From IMG/VR virus record IMGVR_UViG_3300048599_000089, positions 1 through 33,309 of that record: a stretch of 33,309 nucleotides of DNA, one strand, 5' to 3'. Both the position numbers and the translations under genes were made by a program. Below the pieces are notes generated by a model that did no database searches, was not told the DNA's origin, and saw nothing but the letters and a program-made list of their open reading frames with translations. Source of the stretch: a virus (taxonomy: Duplodnaviria; Caudoviricetes). Shown here piece after piece: positions 18,181-28,253 of this stretch. The first letter of the stretch is position 1. Each line of letters starts with the position of its first letter.

Positions 18181-18644
18181 GAAATGATTTACCTCCAGAA
18201 ATTCAGGCCAGGATAAACTTTGTGCAGCAGACTTTGTACAATAACGCGGACCCGCGCATGGAAGCTGTGATCGTCAAGGCCAACCGCACCCTAGATATAC
18301 AAACAATCAGCACCGGCACAGTGGGAAGTATTGACCTGGCAGCAAAAATAGTAGACGGTACCGTAACTGAAATATGGATTATCTCCGTAGTGGATGCGCA
18401 GGCTGTCGTAAATGTCTACACCTACGCTGAAACTATTGATTTTACTACTCCTGACAGGACATTTACGTTGGACACGGAGGAGGCCGGCGCTAAGGTTAGG
18501 GACGTATCAATTGCTTTTGACGGTGACCTGCCTTGGCTGTTTTGGGTAGAGCGTGGTGTTTCTTATGACAAAATTTTTGCTTTACAATGGGATGGCACCG
18601 GAACACAACCGGCAGGCACAGAATTAGTGTCTGTAGCAAGGTGA
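18177..18644 (+). CDS. Tail-tip protein (possibly the N-terminal part of a split gene)
   Basis: MR...QTLYNNADPRM N-terminus; ATGA overlap with the previous gene; PWLFWV. Confidence 0.6.
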   Translation: MRNDLPPEIQARINFVQQTLYNNADPRMEAVIVKANRTLDIQTISTGTVGSIDLAAKIVDGTVTEIWIISVVDAQAVVNVYTYAETIDFTTPDRTFTLDTEEAGAKVRDVSIAFDGDLPWLFWVERGVSYDKIFALQWDGTGTQPAGTELVSVAR

Positions 18645-18648
18645 TAAT

Positions 18649-21600
18649 ATGGCAACAACAATTTTAACCCCGGCAGATTTAAATAGCATACGCTCTAACC
18701 TATCCGGTGACTATGTATTGGGATCAGACATTGATTTATCAACATACGCGAACTGGGAGCCTATAGGCACTGCAGCGTCACCTTTTACCGGCACTTTAGA
18801 TATGGCTAGACACACAATATCTAACCTAACCATTAATAGGCCGACAGAGGATAATGTCGGTCTTTTTGGTGTATGCAGCTTCACAGTGCTGGCCAAGGCT
18901 CCTAATATAAAAAGCGGTACCGTATCAGGTACAGTCACGGGTCAAGATAATGTCGGCATCATGGCCGGGAAAATACTAACAACGCTATACGTCGTAGACG
19001 CAGGGCTTGACCTGATTCTTGATTGCAGCACAACCGGCACTATACAGGGCCGGAATAACGTTGGCGGTATGATAGGCTATATCCAAGGCCCGGCGTATGC
19101 TGGACATACCACAGCTCCTAATATATACAGTTATGCCGTTTTAGAGGAATGTTTAGCACGAGTAGCTGAGTGCAATTCAACGGCTGCCGTGACTGGCTCC
19201 GGACAAAATATAGGTGGTTTGGTCGGGTACCTGAATGAAATTTTTGTACTCCAAAGTCGTGCCTCTGGAAATGTCACCGGTGGAAACGTTGTCGGCGGAA
19301 TGATTGGCTACTATTACCGGGGTGCTTGTCGTTACTGCTACGCTACTGGAAACGTAACAGGTACCCTGGTTGTTGGTGGTTTAATTGGTCAGGCAAGATA
19401 CAGGCCGAGAATATCCAAGTCATACGCAGAGGGCAATGTAACCGGCACGGCTACACTCACAGATGAACCAACAAATTATTTAGGGATAGGATACGGCGGC
19501 CTTGTTGGAGATTGTGATCTAGAAGTTATTGATCGCTGTTATGCCGTCGGTAATGTAACAGGACCAACAAGAGTTGGCGGTCTTGTAGGCGGCTGCTATG
19601 GTGGCAAATATGCTAGTCCAAATATTTCAGACGTATTTGCTGCAGGTGATGTGTACGCTGCAAATGGCACTTTTGGCCATGCCGGTGGCTTGATAGGCTA
19701 TGTATTTGCTCCTGACGCCGAGTTTTCAAGAGGATTTTCTTACGGAGCGATAACCTCAGAGACTGAAACGGATGCCGTTATTGGAGAAATCGGAACTTCA
19801 GCTTTAAATCAGGTTGTTGGTACGCCGACAATATATGAAAATTTCTACTATAACAGTGATACTAACCCAAGTATATCGACGGTTAATGGTGGCGAAGGAC
19901 TAAGTATTTCTGATTTCCAGAGTGCAGATCCGTTTGACGATGAGTGGAATAATTTTGATAACACATGGGTGATAGACTTGGATGAGGCTGATTACCCAAT
20001 ACTAAAGGTGTTTTATGACCCATTGGGCATTGTTGTTTCTGCAGTGAAGGGCACGGCAGCGCAAGGGCTTATATGTGCCTATACGGTTGACGGTAAGACG
20101 TACTACAGAAAATTTGACGGTACTTCCTGGGCGACTGCAGTGGAGATAACAGAGTTGCCTGCCGGTACCGACACACTGAGTACATTTAGAACTAACGATG
20201 ACAGAATCGGTTTTATAGCTGATGTTGACGGTGCTATGAATTTGGCGTTGACTCAGGCAGACAGCATGACCATTGAGCACACAAAAACCCTCCCTGCCGG
20301 TACATGCGGAAATTTAATTCAGACCGACGAGGATAAGCCGAAGCTGTATTATGTTAATTCCATACAGGCACTAAGTAAAAGTGAGGCTGTTTTTACCGGA
20401 GATTGGGCGGCTCTTGCCTTTACTGCAGTTATTAATTTGGCTTCAGATAGTTATATTTCGAGGCTTAGAGCAAAGCATTTTGACGAAAAGACATGGATTG
20501 CCTGGCGGTCGCGAGGTCAGCACAGGATATACCCACAGAGCGAAGCCGCAGACGTTGAGGAATCTTTGAAGTTGGTTAGTGGCAGCATCGAGATCCGTCA
20601 GGATACCCCGGTTGTGTCGGTGTCGTTGGAGGTTGATGGTTTTGACAGGCCGGAGGGTGAGGCTGGTGGAGGTTCAGAAGAAGTTATTGGGTATCAAGAA
20701 GTTACGCCTATACCTTATATACCTGTCGAGTATGAACAAAAAATAGTTGTACCAGAAACGTATGTACAAAAAACAGAAATACCAGAAGGCTACACTGGTA
20801 TTTATGCTGTTGATGATCTACTGGCTATTCAAAGTGATATGGCCGGTAAATACATTCAAATGGCTGATATTGATTTGACCGGTATTGGGTGGTCGCCTTT
20901 AGTAGGAACATCCGGTGAAAAGTTCGGTGGTATATATAACGCCAACTTATATAAAATAACAGGATTAAACGGTTCACCTCTTTTTACAGATATAGATGGT
21001 GCTGCAAATTATAATGCACCAGGTAAAGTAGAAAATCTTATTCTGGATTATTGCGAAAATGCAGCAATATGTAGCGCTAACCTTGGTATTCTCAAAAATT
21101 GTACTGTAACTGGAACAAGCCAACTATATTTTGGTGGTGGAGGTTCGGTTGTAAGTTGTATTGTCAATGGAGAAACAGTTGGTTTTGTTGGTGGTGAAGG
21201 AACTGAAGATGATCCTTTTCTCGTATCCAGTGGTGCAGATTTTGAATTTGTCGCTTGGGATATGTCTGCTTATTATCTTCAGGTTGCTGGCATTGATATG
21301 AGTGATTACGGTGATTTAGTTCCAGTGGATGGGCCACCTCAAGGCATGTTGCAAGGTGATTACAATGGCAACTTGTACAAAATAACCAACTTAGCAAATC
21401 CGCTATTTAACGGCACACATGGTCCTTTATCCATACCTGGCACAAATGGGATTGTCCGGAACGTAATTGTTGAGTCAGATAATGCTAGTATTTGTGGTTA
21501 TCATATGGGAACGTTAAGAAATTGTACCGTAGTTGGAAGTAATTCTCGCTTAGTTGCCTCATACAATCAACCTGGTGCAATTGTAAAATCATTCGAAAAT

Positions 21601-23937
21601 GGTGTGCAAGTTGGAATGGAAGATGGTTCTGGTACCGATGAAGACCCCTTCATAGTTAAGACAGTGGAGCAATTGATACTAATTAAAAATAATATGACCG
21701 CATACTACAGGCAGATATCTGATATTGATTTGTCTGTTTACCAAGATTGGCAGCCTATCGACGGCCCTCCTAATGGAATGCTTGAAGGCGGTTATGATGG
21801 GAATGGATACAAGTTTACGGGGGTAAATAATGATGGATTATTTACCGGCACGTATGGTTTAAATTCATCAACCGCGATAGGTGAAATAAAGAATGTTAGG
21901 GTTATAAATGCAAATTTGGGCGGTAAACCGGCGATAGTAACTTCATATAATGAAGGCAAGATAACTAACTGCTATGTGAGTGGTAATGCATGTGTAGCTG
22001 TCGGTAATTATTACGGCGGAGAAATTAGTTATTGCACTGTAGATGCTGATATTGACTGCAATGAAAATGTAGGCGGCATCTGTGGCGGCAATTATGATAG
22101 CGATAGTAAAATACATCATTGTATAGTTAATGGTAACATTGAGGTTAGAGGCACAGGAAACGCTGGTGGTATTTGTTATAGCAATGATGGAAATATTTGT
22201 GATTGCATAACAACATGCAATATCACTGCTGAGAGAGATGCGGCTGGTCTAATTGGGCAGAATTACTCTAGTGTGCCGGTAAAAAATTGTCACACTGAAG
22301 GAAATATCTTATCCACTGGTTATGCAACATCTTATGGAACAACAGAAGGAGACGCTGCTGGTTTAATTGAGTATTGTGCCGGAGAAGTGGAAAATTGCCA
22401 TGCAACGGGAAACGTAAAAGGTGTTGGGTATGTTGGTGGCTTGTTTGGATATTTAGGAAAATCAGTTAGCAAATCATATGCTACAGGAGACGTTGAAGGT
22501 GGTCATGATTCAGGTGGGTTTACTGGAGGTATGGGTGGCGAAACAACCGTTGTAGAGGAATGTTTTGCTAGTGGGAATATAATTGGAGATGGAAAAGCCG
22601 GTGGCTTTGCTGGTGGTTGTTGGGATGCTAAAATACTTAATTGTTTTGCAACGGGTGATGTAACAACAAATTCGACTTCAGGCAGTGATTGCGTCGGTGG
22701 TTTTATAGGTGTGGGTGGTGGTGATTGGGAAAACTGCTATTCAATCGGGAAAGTTACAGGGGAAATTGATGATATCGGTGGATTTTTGGGGTGGAATTAT
22801 ATAGCCTGGGAAAGCGGCGACTATATAATAAATAACTGCTTCTATAACTCTGAAACCTCTGGTCAATCAGATACCGGTAAGGGCGAACCTAAAGCCACAG
22901 CAGAACTAAAAAATCAATCAACTTTCACCGACTGGGACTTTGACGCTATCTGGAAACTGTCAAGCATAACACAAGGATATCCAGCACTGCAATGGCAGCT
23001 CGGAAATGATGAATATACACCAAATTATCCCCCTGCCAGCAAAATACGCCTGTACTATAAAGCCGGTGATTCAGAGCCATTGCCAATGGGCTATTTCTAT
23101 ATAGACAGAACTCAATTTGAGGTAGGGCAGCCTAACGTCTCAGTAGATGCGAGGAACAGCATAGGCAAGTACCTAAAAGACCAAACATTTGATGAAAGAA
23201 ATGTATATTCAAAACAGCAGGTACAGACACTGCTTACGCAGATCCTTACCGGGGCAGGCATAACAAACTATTTTGTAGGCCCAGAAACAACCGAAGTAGG
23301 TATTGAGTTTTCACCTAATCAGGACGTTCTGAGTGGCATTAATGATGTGCTTACTACAGTTCGGGACTGGATGATCCGAGAGGAAACTGCTGACGGAAAA
23401 GTTATTGTTGCTGAGAGGACAGATGAAGCTTTTACACAGCCTGGCACTTATACTTTTTACCGTAACCGCGACGTATTCAGTCGATCAGTTGCCAAGGATG
23501 ATAATAATACCTATGGCAGAGTATGCGTGCATACTTCTGATTTCTCGGTTAGGGTGTATAGGAGCGTATCATCAAACCTCGGATGGTTGCCCCCAGCACA
23601 AAAAACACTGTACCAACAATGCCCTGATGGAACTACCTCCGCACAGGCAGCTGCACTGGCAACAGAGATAGCGGAGCAGTTAAGCAATTCTGGAGAGGTT
23701 GAGGAATTCGCCGGTCCAATCAGACCGCAGCTAATGCCCGGGGATGAGGCTATCATTATTGATGAGGACGGCCCCAGATTGGTTGGAATTATTACAACGG
23801 TTACTCATAATTTCGGGCTTGACGGGTTTTATACTCAGTTTACTGTTGACAGCGGAGGTAAGATTAATAAGCCGCTGCTGAGTGATTACCTGAAGCAAAT
23901 CAGTACAGGAACAATAAAGGCAACGATAATCAATTAA
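18649..23937 (+). CDS. Giant tail-tip/hub protein with GLUG beta-helix repeats (putative receptor-binding)
   Basis: Many C.A.GNV.G...VGGL.G repeats; four DIDL...W.PI...F.G.Y.GN caps; hub-like C-terminus (RPQLMPGD...ITTVTHNFG..GFYT). Confidence 0.85.
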   Translation: MATTILTPADLNSIRSNLSGDYVLGSDIDLSTYANWEPIGTAASPFTGTLDMARHTISNLTINRPTEDNVGLFGVCSFTVLAKAPNIKSGTVSGTVTGQDNVGIMAGKILTTLYVVDAGLDLILDCSTTGTIQGRNNVGGMIGYIQGPAYAGHTTAPNIYSYAVLEECLARVAECNSTAAVTGSGQNIGGLVGYLNEIFVLQSRASGNVTGGNVVGGMIGYYYRGACRYCYATGNVTGTLVVGGLIGQARYRPRISKSYAEGNVTGTATLTDEPTNYLGIGYGGLVGDCDLEVIDRCYAVGNVTGPTRVGGLVGGCYGGKYASPNISDVFAAGDVYAANGTFGHAGGLIGYVFAPDAEFSRGFSYGAITSETETDAVIGEIGTSALNQVVGTPTIYENFYYNSDTNPSISTVNGGEGLSISDFQSADPFDDEWNNFDNTWVIDLDEADYPILKVFYDPLGIVVSAVKGTAAQGLICAYTVDGKTYYRKFDGTSWATAVEITELPAGTDTLSTFRTNDDRIGFIADVDGAMNLALTQADSMTIEHTKTLPAGTCGNLIQTDEDKPKLYYVNSIQALSKSEAVFTGDWAALAFTAVINLASDSYISRLRAKHFDEKTWIAWRSRGQHRIYPQSEAADVEESLKLVSGSIEIRQDTPVVSVSLEVDGFDRPEGEAGGGSEEVIGYQEVTPIPYIPVEYEQKIVVPETYVQKTEIPEGYTGIYAVDDLLAIQSDMAGKYIQMADIDLTGIGWSPLVGTSGEKFGGIYNANLYKITGLNGSPLFTDIDGAANYNAPGKVENLILDYCENAAICSANLGILKNCTVTGTSQLYFGGGGSVVSCIVNGETVGFVGGEGTEDDPFLVSSGADFEFVAWDMSAYYLQVAGIDMSDYGDLVPVDGPPQGMLQGDYNGNLYKITNLANPLFNGTHGPLSIPGTNGIVRNVIVESDNASICGYHMGTLRNCTVVGSNSRLVASYNQPGAIVKSFENGVQVGMEDGSGTDEDPFIVKTVEQLILIKNNMTAYYRQISDIDLSVYQDWQPIDGPPNGMLEGGYDGNGYKFTGVNNDGLFTGTYGLNSSTAIGEIKNVRVINANLGGKPAIVTSYNEGKITNCYVSGNACVAVGNYYGGEISYCTVDADIDCNENVGGICGGNYDSDSKIHHCIVNGNIEVRGTGNAGGICYSNDGNICDCITTCNITAERDAAGLIGQNYSSVPVKNCHTEGNILSTGYATSYGTTEGDAAGLIEYCAGEVENCHATGNVKGVGYVGGLFGYLGKSVSKSYATGDVEGGHDSGGFTGGMGGETTVVEECFASGNIIGDGKAGGFAGGCWDAKILNCFATGDVTTNSTSGSDCVGGFIGVGGGDWENCYSIGKVTGEIDDIGGFLGWNYIAWESGDYIINNCFYNSETSGQSDTGKGEPKATAELKNQSTFTDWDFDAIWKLSSITQGYPALQWQLGNDEYTPNYPPASKIRLYYKAGDSEPLPMGYFYIDRTQFEVGQPNVSVDARNSIGKYLKDQTFDERNVYSKQQVQTLLTQILTGAGITNYFVGPETTEVGIEFSPNQDVLSGINDVLTTVRDWMIREETADGKVIVAERTDEAFTQPGTYTFYRNRDVFSRSVAKDDNNTYGRVCVHTSDFSVRVYRSVSSNLGWLPPAQKTLYQQCPDGTTSAQAAALATEIAEQLSNSGEVEEFAGPIRPQLMPGDEAIIIDEDGPRLVGIITTVTHNFGLDGFYTQFTVDSGGKINKPLLSDYLKQISTGTIKATIIN

Positions 23938-23960
23938 GCACTCTGTAGGGTGTTTTTTAT
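23938..23960 (+). terminator. Putative terminator
   Basis: GCACTC-TGTA-GGGTGT followed by a T run. Confidence 0.5.
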
Positions 23961-23980
23961 TTTATTTACCGGGGGGTGAG

Positions 23981-24175
23981 GTGATATTGGAACAGGAGGA
24001 AATTGTTCGAAAAATATCAACTCTTGAAGCAGAGGTGAAATACTTGAAAGAGCGTGATACACAGCTTAACGGCACGATTCAGAAGGTTGATGCAAAAGTG
24101 GACACCTTGAAAAACTGGCTAATTGCAACTCTGGCAGGAGTATTGGCCAGTATTTTTGTTAATTTAGTAAAATAG
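23981..24175 (+). CDS. XhlA-like small membrane protein (lysis cassette)
   Basis: Coiled coil plus a single C-terminal TM segment; upstream of the endolysin. Confidence 0.75.
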   Translation: MILEQEEIVRKISTLEAEVKYLKERDTQLNGTIQKVDAKVDTLKNWLIATLAGVLASIFVNLVK

Positions 24176-24184
24176 GAGGAAATC

Positions 24185-24844
24185 ATGAAAAACAAACCAA
24201 TTCACTACCTGCAATACGATTCCCGTTGGGGCAGTATTATGTTTTCTAATCACGGCGACAAAAAGCAGACAATTGCTTCATCTGGATGTGGTGCAGCATC
24301 CTCCGCCATGGTGCTGGCTACGTTTTGCGATCCTGCGATAACCCCGGAGGGTGTGGCATATAACATCTTAGAGCACGGCAAGCGCACCTATAGCAATGGG
24401 GTAGACTGGTCCTGGTTCCCTGTTATGGCGCAGTTATACGGGCTGCAGTTTGAGCAGACAGGCAGCACCGACAAAGCTATTCAGGCTATCCGTGATGGCG
24501 CATTGGTAGTAGCCAGTATGGGCCCCGGATACTTTACCTCGTTTGGTCACTATATCATGCTTTGGGGCCTAGATGAGGCAAATAAGCAAGTTCTTGTTAA
24601 TGACCCGAACAGCACGGTCAGGACGAAGGCCAGCTACGATGTGTTTAAGCAGCAGTCATCACAGTATTTTATTTTTAGGAAGGATGATGGTCCGGTGGAA
24701 AAAATTAAAATCATAGTCGAAGGTAAAGAAATTGATGGTTTTTTGATTAATGACCGGGCATATGCACCGGTTAAGGATGTTGTCGATGCTATGAACAATA
24801 CCGTCAAATGGGATGACGCAACCAGAACGGTTACTGTAAGTTAA
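24185..24844 (+). CDS. Putative endolysin: C39-like cysteine peptidase with C-terminal copper-amine-oxidase-N-like domain
   Basis: YLQYDSRW...SSGCG...GHYI...VNDP; C-terminal RAYAPV...VKWDDATRTV. Confidence 0.85.
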   Translation: MKNKPIHYLQYDSRWGSIMFSNHGDKKQTIASSGCGAASSAMVLATFCDPAITPEGVAYNILEHGKRTYSNGVDWSWFPVMAQLYGLQFEQTGSTDKAIQAIRDGALVVASMGPGYFTSFGHYIMLWGLDEANKQVLVNDPNSTVRTKASYDVFKQQSSQYFIFRKDDGPVEKIKIIVEGKEIDGFLINDRAYAPVKDVVDAMNNTVKWDDATRTVTVS

Positions 24845-24872
24845 ATAAAAATAATTTTAGGAGGTACAAGCG

Positions 24873-25295
24873 ATGCAACAAATAATATATCAGTCATTAG
24901 GTCAATTATTATCAGTGCTTATTTATGTAGCAGTATTTACTTTGATTTCTTATGTCGGAGTAGTGTTTAGGAGGCTTTTCCCTGTCGTTAATACCTGGCT
25001 TGAAGCTAACACCAGCGCAGCCCAGCAGAAACTCATTAAGGAGCTTGGCCAGCAGGCTTTTGTTTACGCTGAGACAGTTTTTCGCGACAAAAACGGGGCC
25101 GACAAACTGCATGAAGCATTAGCGTATTTTAATAAAAATATGAGTAAATACGGCATAGAATTACCCTATGAAAACATTAGAAATGCGGTTGAACAGGCCT
25201 GGCTATCGGACAAGAGTCTAAGGACGTTTAACCTGGATGCCGTTATTGATGATATGCAGGATGAGCCTATTCCGGAGCCGGAAGAAACAGTTTAA
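24873..25295 (+). CDS. Holin, LL-H family-like
   Basis: N-terminal TM segment; A..YAE...G.DKL..A...I...VE pattern. Confidence 0.8.
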   Translation: MQQIIYQSLGQLLSVLIYVAVFTLISYVGVVFRRLFPVVNTWLEANTSAAQQKLIKELGQQAFVYAETVFRDKNGADKLHEALAYFNKNMSKYGIELPYENIRNAVEQAWLSDKSLRTFNLDAVIDDMQDEPIPEPEETV

Positions 25296-25303
25296 TATTT
25301 TAT

Positions 25304-25336
25304 AAGCCCTGGCCTTTGCGGTCGGGGCTTTTTGTT
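25304..25336 (+). terminator. Late-operon intrinsic terminator
   Basis: AAGCCCTGGCC-TTTGC-GGTCGGGGCTT followed by a T tract. Confidence 0.85.
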
Positions 25337-25394
25337 ATTTTCTATATAATAGGTAGTAACCTTATAAAACGAAAAAATACAAGAGATGGAAAAT

Positions 25395-25512
25395 TTAAAG
25401 TGCCCTACAATTAGGACACTTCCATGTTGGATAAATTAAATCGGTTAGTGCGTGTGAAGGTTGTAAGATAAATAGTAATAATAGAGTATATTTCAATACA
25501 CTTGCACCAACC
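25395..25512 (-). ncRNA. Orphan ~120-nt transcript (sRNA or 33-aa peptide mRNA)
   Basis: Lies between a perfect TTGACA-N17-TATAAT promoter and a 10-bp hairpin (25398-25421). Confidence 0.5.
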
Positions 25513-25518
25513 AAAATA

Positions 25519-25547
25519 ATTATAAGATGTAAGTTCTAAAATGTCAA
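25519..25547 (-). promoter_or_regulatory. Perfect consensus sigma-A promoter
   Basis: TTGACA (25547-25542), N17, TATAAT (25524-25519). Confidence 0.85.
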
Positions 25548-25705
25548 TCCTGTTCCTTTTCTAAATCATGTTCCTTCGCCTTAATATAATTTAAAAGGGC
25601 TTGGTTAGTTACGGACGCTTTTGATTCACCTGTTTTTTTAATATATTCATTGAGCAAATTGAGCGTCTCCGGCTCAATCTGTGTGCTATACGCTATCTTT
25701 GCCAA
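25544..25705 (-). CDS. 53-aa ribbon-helix-helix DNA-binding protein (not in ORF track)
   Basis: MAKIAYSTQIEPETLNLLNEYIKKTGESKASVTNQALLNYI...; beta-alpha-alpha RHH pattern; TTG start with G-rich RBS. Confidence 0.75.
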   Translation of the reverse strand: MAKIAYSTQIEPETLNLLNEYIKKTGESKASVTNQALLNYIKAKEHDLEKEQD

Positions 25706-25716
25706 CCCAAGACCCC

Positions 25717-26016
25717 CTAATACTCAGTATATTTATCGTCAACCGCTAAGCCAAAACTACTGTCATATTCAGCATCGACGACGATATATTGATCTACAAA
25801 TCTATACCCCTTTTCAAGTACATACTTAACCGGTACTGGCACCTCATAGTCGTCCATGCTAGATTTTTGGGCTTCCTCTAAATGTGTTTCTAAAACGCAC
25901 ATAATGGAATGGCCGGAGTCTGATATATAATAATGATATGGTTTTAGCTCCTCCGGCAACCCCTGATACTGTTGATTCTGAACCATATGAGCAATGTCTT
26001 GTAGGCTTTTCCTCAA
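25717..26016 (-). CDS. Hypothetical protein
   Basis: Start placed at TTG 26016 (or GTG 26019) after GGAGGGG; last large gene of the operon. Confidence 0.65.
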   Translation of the reverse strand: MRKSLQDIAHMVQNQQYQGLPEELKPYHYYISDSGHSIMCVLETHLEEAQKSSMDDYEVPVPVKYVLEKGYRFVDQYIVVDAEYDSSFGLAVDDKYTEY

Positions 26017-26029
26017 CACAATCCCCTCC

Positions 26030-26551
26030 CTAAATCCATGATTTTGAATATTCTCGATCCTTAAATAGTGCAGCAAGTCCGGTAATTTGCTTTAATCTAA
26101 GTAATTCATCAACATCCATTCCAAGATGCTTTGCAATCCAACTGTCCGACTTTCCCATTTCCACAAGCTCAGCCACGATGTTGCTCATTAGGTCAATGTT
26201 GTGCGTACCCCTTGCTCGATTGTGCCGGATGGTAGAGGCCATGCGGTCACTAATGGGTTTATCTATTACGGATACTGGCATTAATCCGTTTTCTCGCTCA
26301 TAAATGTCCTTGTGTTTTAACATTACGGTATATCGGTGGTAGCCGTCCACTAATTCGTATATATCGTTTTCTGCATCATAGTAGCAAACTATCGGCATTG
26401 TGTAGCCGTCCTCTTTAATTGAGTCATATAAAAGTTTCATTTCAGGAGGAGCAACGGCATTAGGATTCCATGAATTGGCCCGTATTTTTTCTACCGGTAC
26501 TGGTATGACGTTATAAACCGGACTCTTAAACTGTTTCGCTTTTACTTTCAT
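26030..26551 (-). CDS. ibrB: IbrB/YbdM-like ParB/Srx-domain protein
   Basis: ANSWNPNAVAPPEMKLL..SI..DGYTMPIV, VDGYHR, RMASTIRHNRARG. Confidence 0.9.
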   Translation of the reverse strand: MKVKAKQFKSPVYNVIPVPVEKIRANSWNPNAVAPPEMKLLYDSIKEDGYTMPIVCYYDAENDIYELVDGYHRYTVMLKHKDIYERENGLMPVSVIDKPISDRMASTIRHNRARGTHNIDLMSNIVAELVEMGKSDSWIAKHLGMDVDELLRLKQITGLAALFKDREYSKSWI

Positions 26552-26951
26552 TAATACCGTACTCCTTTACATACTCAATGAAACTTCCGCGTTGCTTACC
26601 TTCCAGAAATCCTTCGTTGGTAAGCATTTCTATAAGGTATTTATTTTTCGTGGTCATAGTGACAACGCCTTTAATATCCTTAATGGCGTTATTAAATAAC
26701 TTCCTAAATATACCTTTCTGGCGGTATCTTTCAACAACATAGCAACTTCCGATCTGATAGTGAGATTTTGTCTTCTGCCAAAGGTAGCAAAACCCAACAG
26801 CCTTCTTCATTTCAAGAGCAATAATCCATACTTTCCCATCGTCGTCGTAAATTCTGTAACCAATTTCATTGTCAACATCACGACGAGCTAGAAATTGACC
26901 CAGCGTGGAGTAAAAGTTCTTATCCTTGTTGGTTAGTCTAATTATTTTCAT
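26526..26951 (-). CDS. GNAT-fold acetyltransferase-like protein
   Basis: YV...YRQKGIFRKL acyl-CoA binding motif A; C-terminal GF. Confidence 0.7.
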   Translation of the reverse strand: MKIIRLTNKDKNFYSTLGQFLARRDVDNEIGYRIYDDDGKVWIIALEMKKAVGFCYLWQKTKSHYQIGSCYVVERYRQKGIFRKLFNNAIKDIKGVVTMTTKNKYLIEMLTNEGFLEGKQRGSFIEYVKEYGINESKSETV

Positions 26952-26960
26952 GGCTACCCC

Positions 26961-28253
26961 CTAAAGGTTCCGGTACTTTTCAATTAACTGCCTCTGCCTC
27001 TCAACTTGATTTTTTGTCTGTGCAAATGACAATCCTTTGCACAGGTGATCATTCTTCAGTATGCACATGGCCATCCTGCGCCATGTCGGTGCATAATGCT
27101 TGCTTTCGATTTCTCCGGGTAAGCAGTCTTCAATCTTGGTATACCTGACAACCTTTTTATTTTTCTTTCCCCTGGTGGCCATCCTGTCCGTTACCACAGC
27201 AGATCCAGGTAACTTACTAAGGCACTCATCCGGCAACCCGCATCCATTCTGGTTCCAATACCGCATAAACCGAATAAACCGGCTAACGTAATTATCTCTT
27301 GTTTCCGGCGGCAATGATGCAAGTAATAGCTTTGTATAGCTTTTCCACGTATGACCTTTCGGTAGTTGCACCTGCCGGTAACCCAGGGCTTTTGTGCCGC
27401 AATAAATGTTGCCGAAGTTTGCGCCAGATACCCTGTTAACTACCCTGGCCCAAGTTTCTGGCTCAATGGCCCGGAATAGGTTAAGCCCGATTCGCTGATC
27501 GTCGCCATATGGCTGACATATTCTCATATCATGGATGCCGACACCTGCTTTGTAGAATAGGTCGTACAGCTTATTGTAGTTCCAGTTATTCTTACCGTTG
27601 GCGGACCAAATATCTTCCGTCCGCCAGTCATAAATAGGGTAGCAGTTATAAACATTATCAGCCGTTTTGGTGGTCCAACTAATGCCGGCATAAGATTCCT
27701 TGTTTTGCATTGCAATTGTACGGAACCGGTTAAGGCTTTCGTCGGAGCGTATACCAACCAGACAGGCAGTTCTTTTTCCTCCAGAAAACCACTTCCCGAA
27801 TTCTGGCACAAAATCTTCAAACTCCATCCGGTATCGATAAAACGGAAAATAATCCTGATCATTGATAATAGGAAAATCAGGAAACTGCCTAATCCATTTA
27901 TCCTCCAGACCAGGCTCCCAGCAACACCAAAACGGCTGATAGACAGACACGGCATTACGTAAATTAAGAGGAAGACATACCCAATATGAGATAATGAGAT
28001 CGGCGTTGTTTTCGAGCATTTCCTGTATGTAGTCAACAGTATCAGGGTATTGACCCTCTAGGTCGACAACTAGGACACCAATTTTATCACTAATGTTATT
28101 TTTACGCATATAGTCCAGAATAAGATTCAAAACAACTCCGCTGTCTTTCCCGCCAGAAAAGGAAACGTATATTTTTTCAAACTCAGCGAAAATGGTTTTA
28201 ATCCGTTCATTTGCAGCATTATACACGTTTTGTTTAAGATATCTCTTACTCAC
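26961..28253 (-). CDS. ibrA: IbrA/YbdN-like PAPS-reductase-family protein with DUF3440
   Basis: PP-loop SFSGGKDS, GIRSDESLNR, PIYDW, MRICQPYGDDQR, RVSGANF. Confidence 0.92.
   Translation of the reverse strand: MSKRYLKQNVYNAANERIKTIFAEFEKIYVSFSGGKDSGVVLNLILDYMRKNNISDKIGVLVVDLEGQYPDTVDYIQEMLENNADLIISYWVCLPLNLRNAVSVYQPFWCCWEPGLEDKWIRQFPDFPIINDQDYFPFYRYRMEFEDFVPEFGKWFSGGKRTACLVGIRSDESLNRFRTIAMQNKESYAGISWTTKTADNVYNCYPIYDWRTEDIWSANGKNNWNYNKLYDLFYKAGVGIHDMRICQPYGDDQRIGLNLFRAIEPETWARVVNRVSGANFGNIYCGTKALGYRQVQLPKGHTWKSYTKLLLASLPPETRDNYVSRFIRFMRYWNQNGCGLPDECLSKLPGSAVVTDRMATRGKKNKKVVRYTKIEDCLPGEIESKHYAPTWRRMAMCILKNDHLCKGLSFAQTKNQVERQRQLIEKYRNL

Noticed and set aside
18649-23937. Second DGR variable repeat in the tail adhesin
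   Set aside because: I found no TR-like nucleotide segment by eye; the GG-rich motifs are GLUG repeats. A local alignment would confirm this.
26017-26076. Track start at 26076 for the 119-aa ORF
   Set aside because: It overlaps ibrB; a strong RBS supports a start at 26016/26019 instead.
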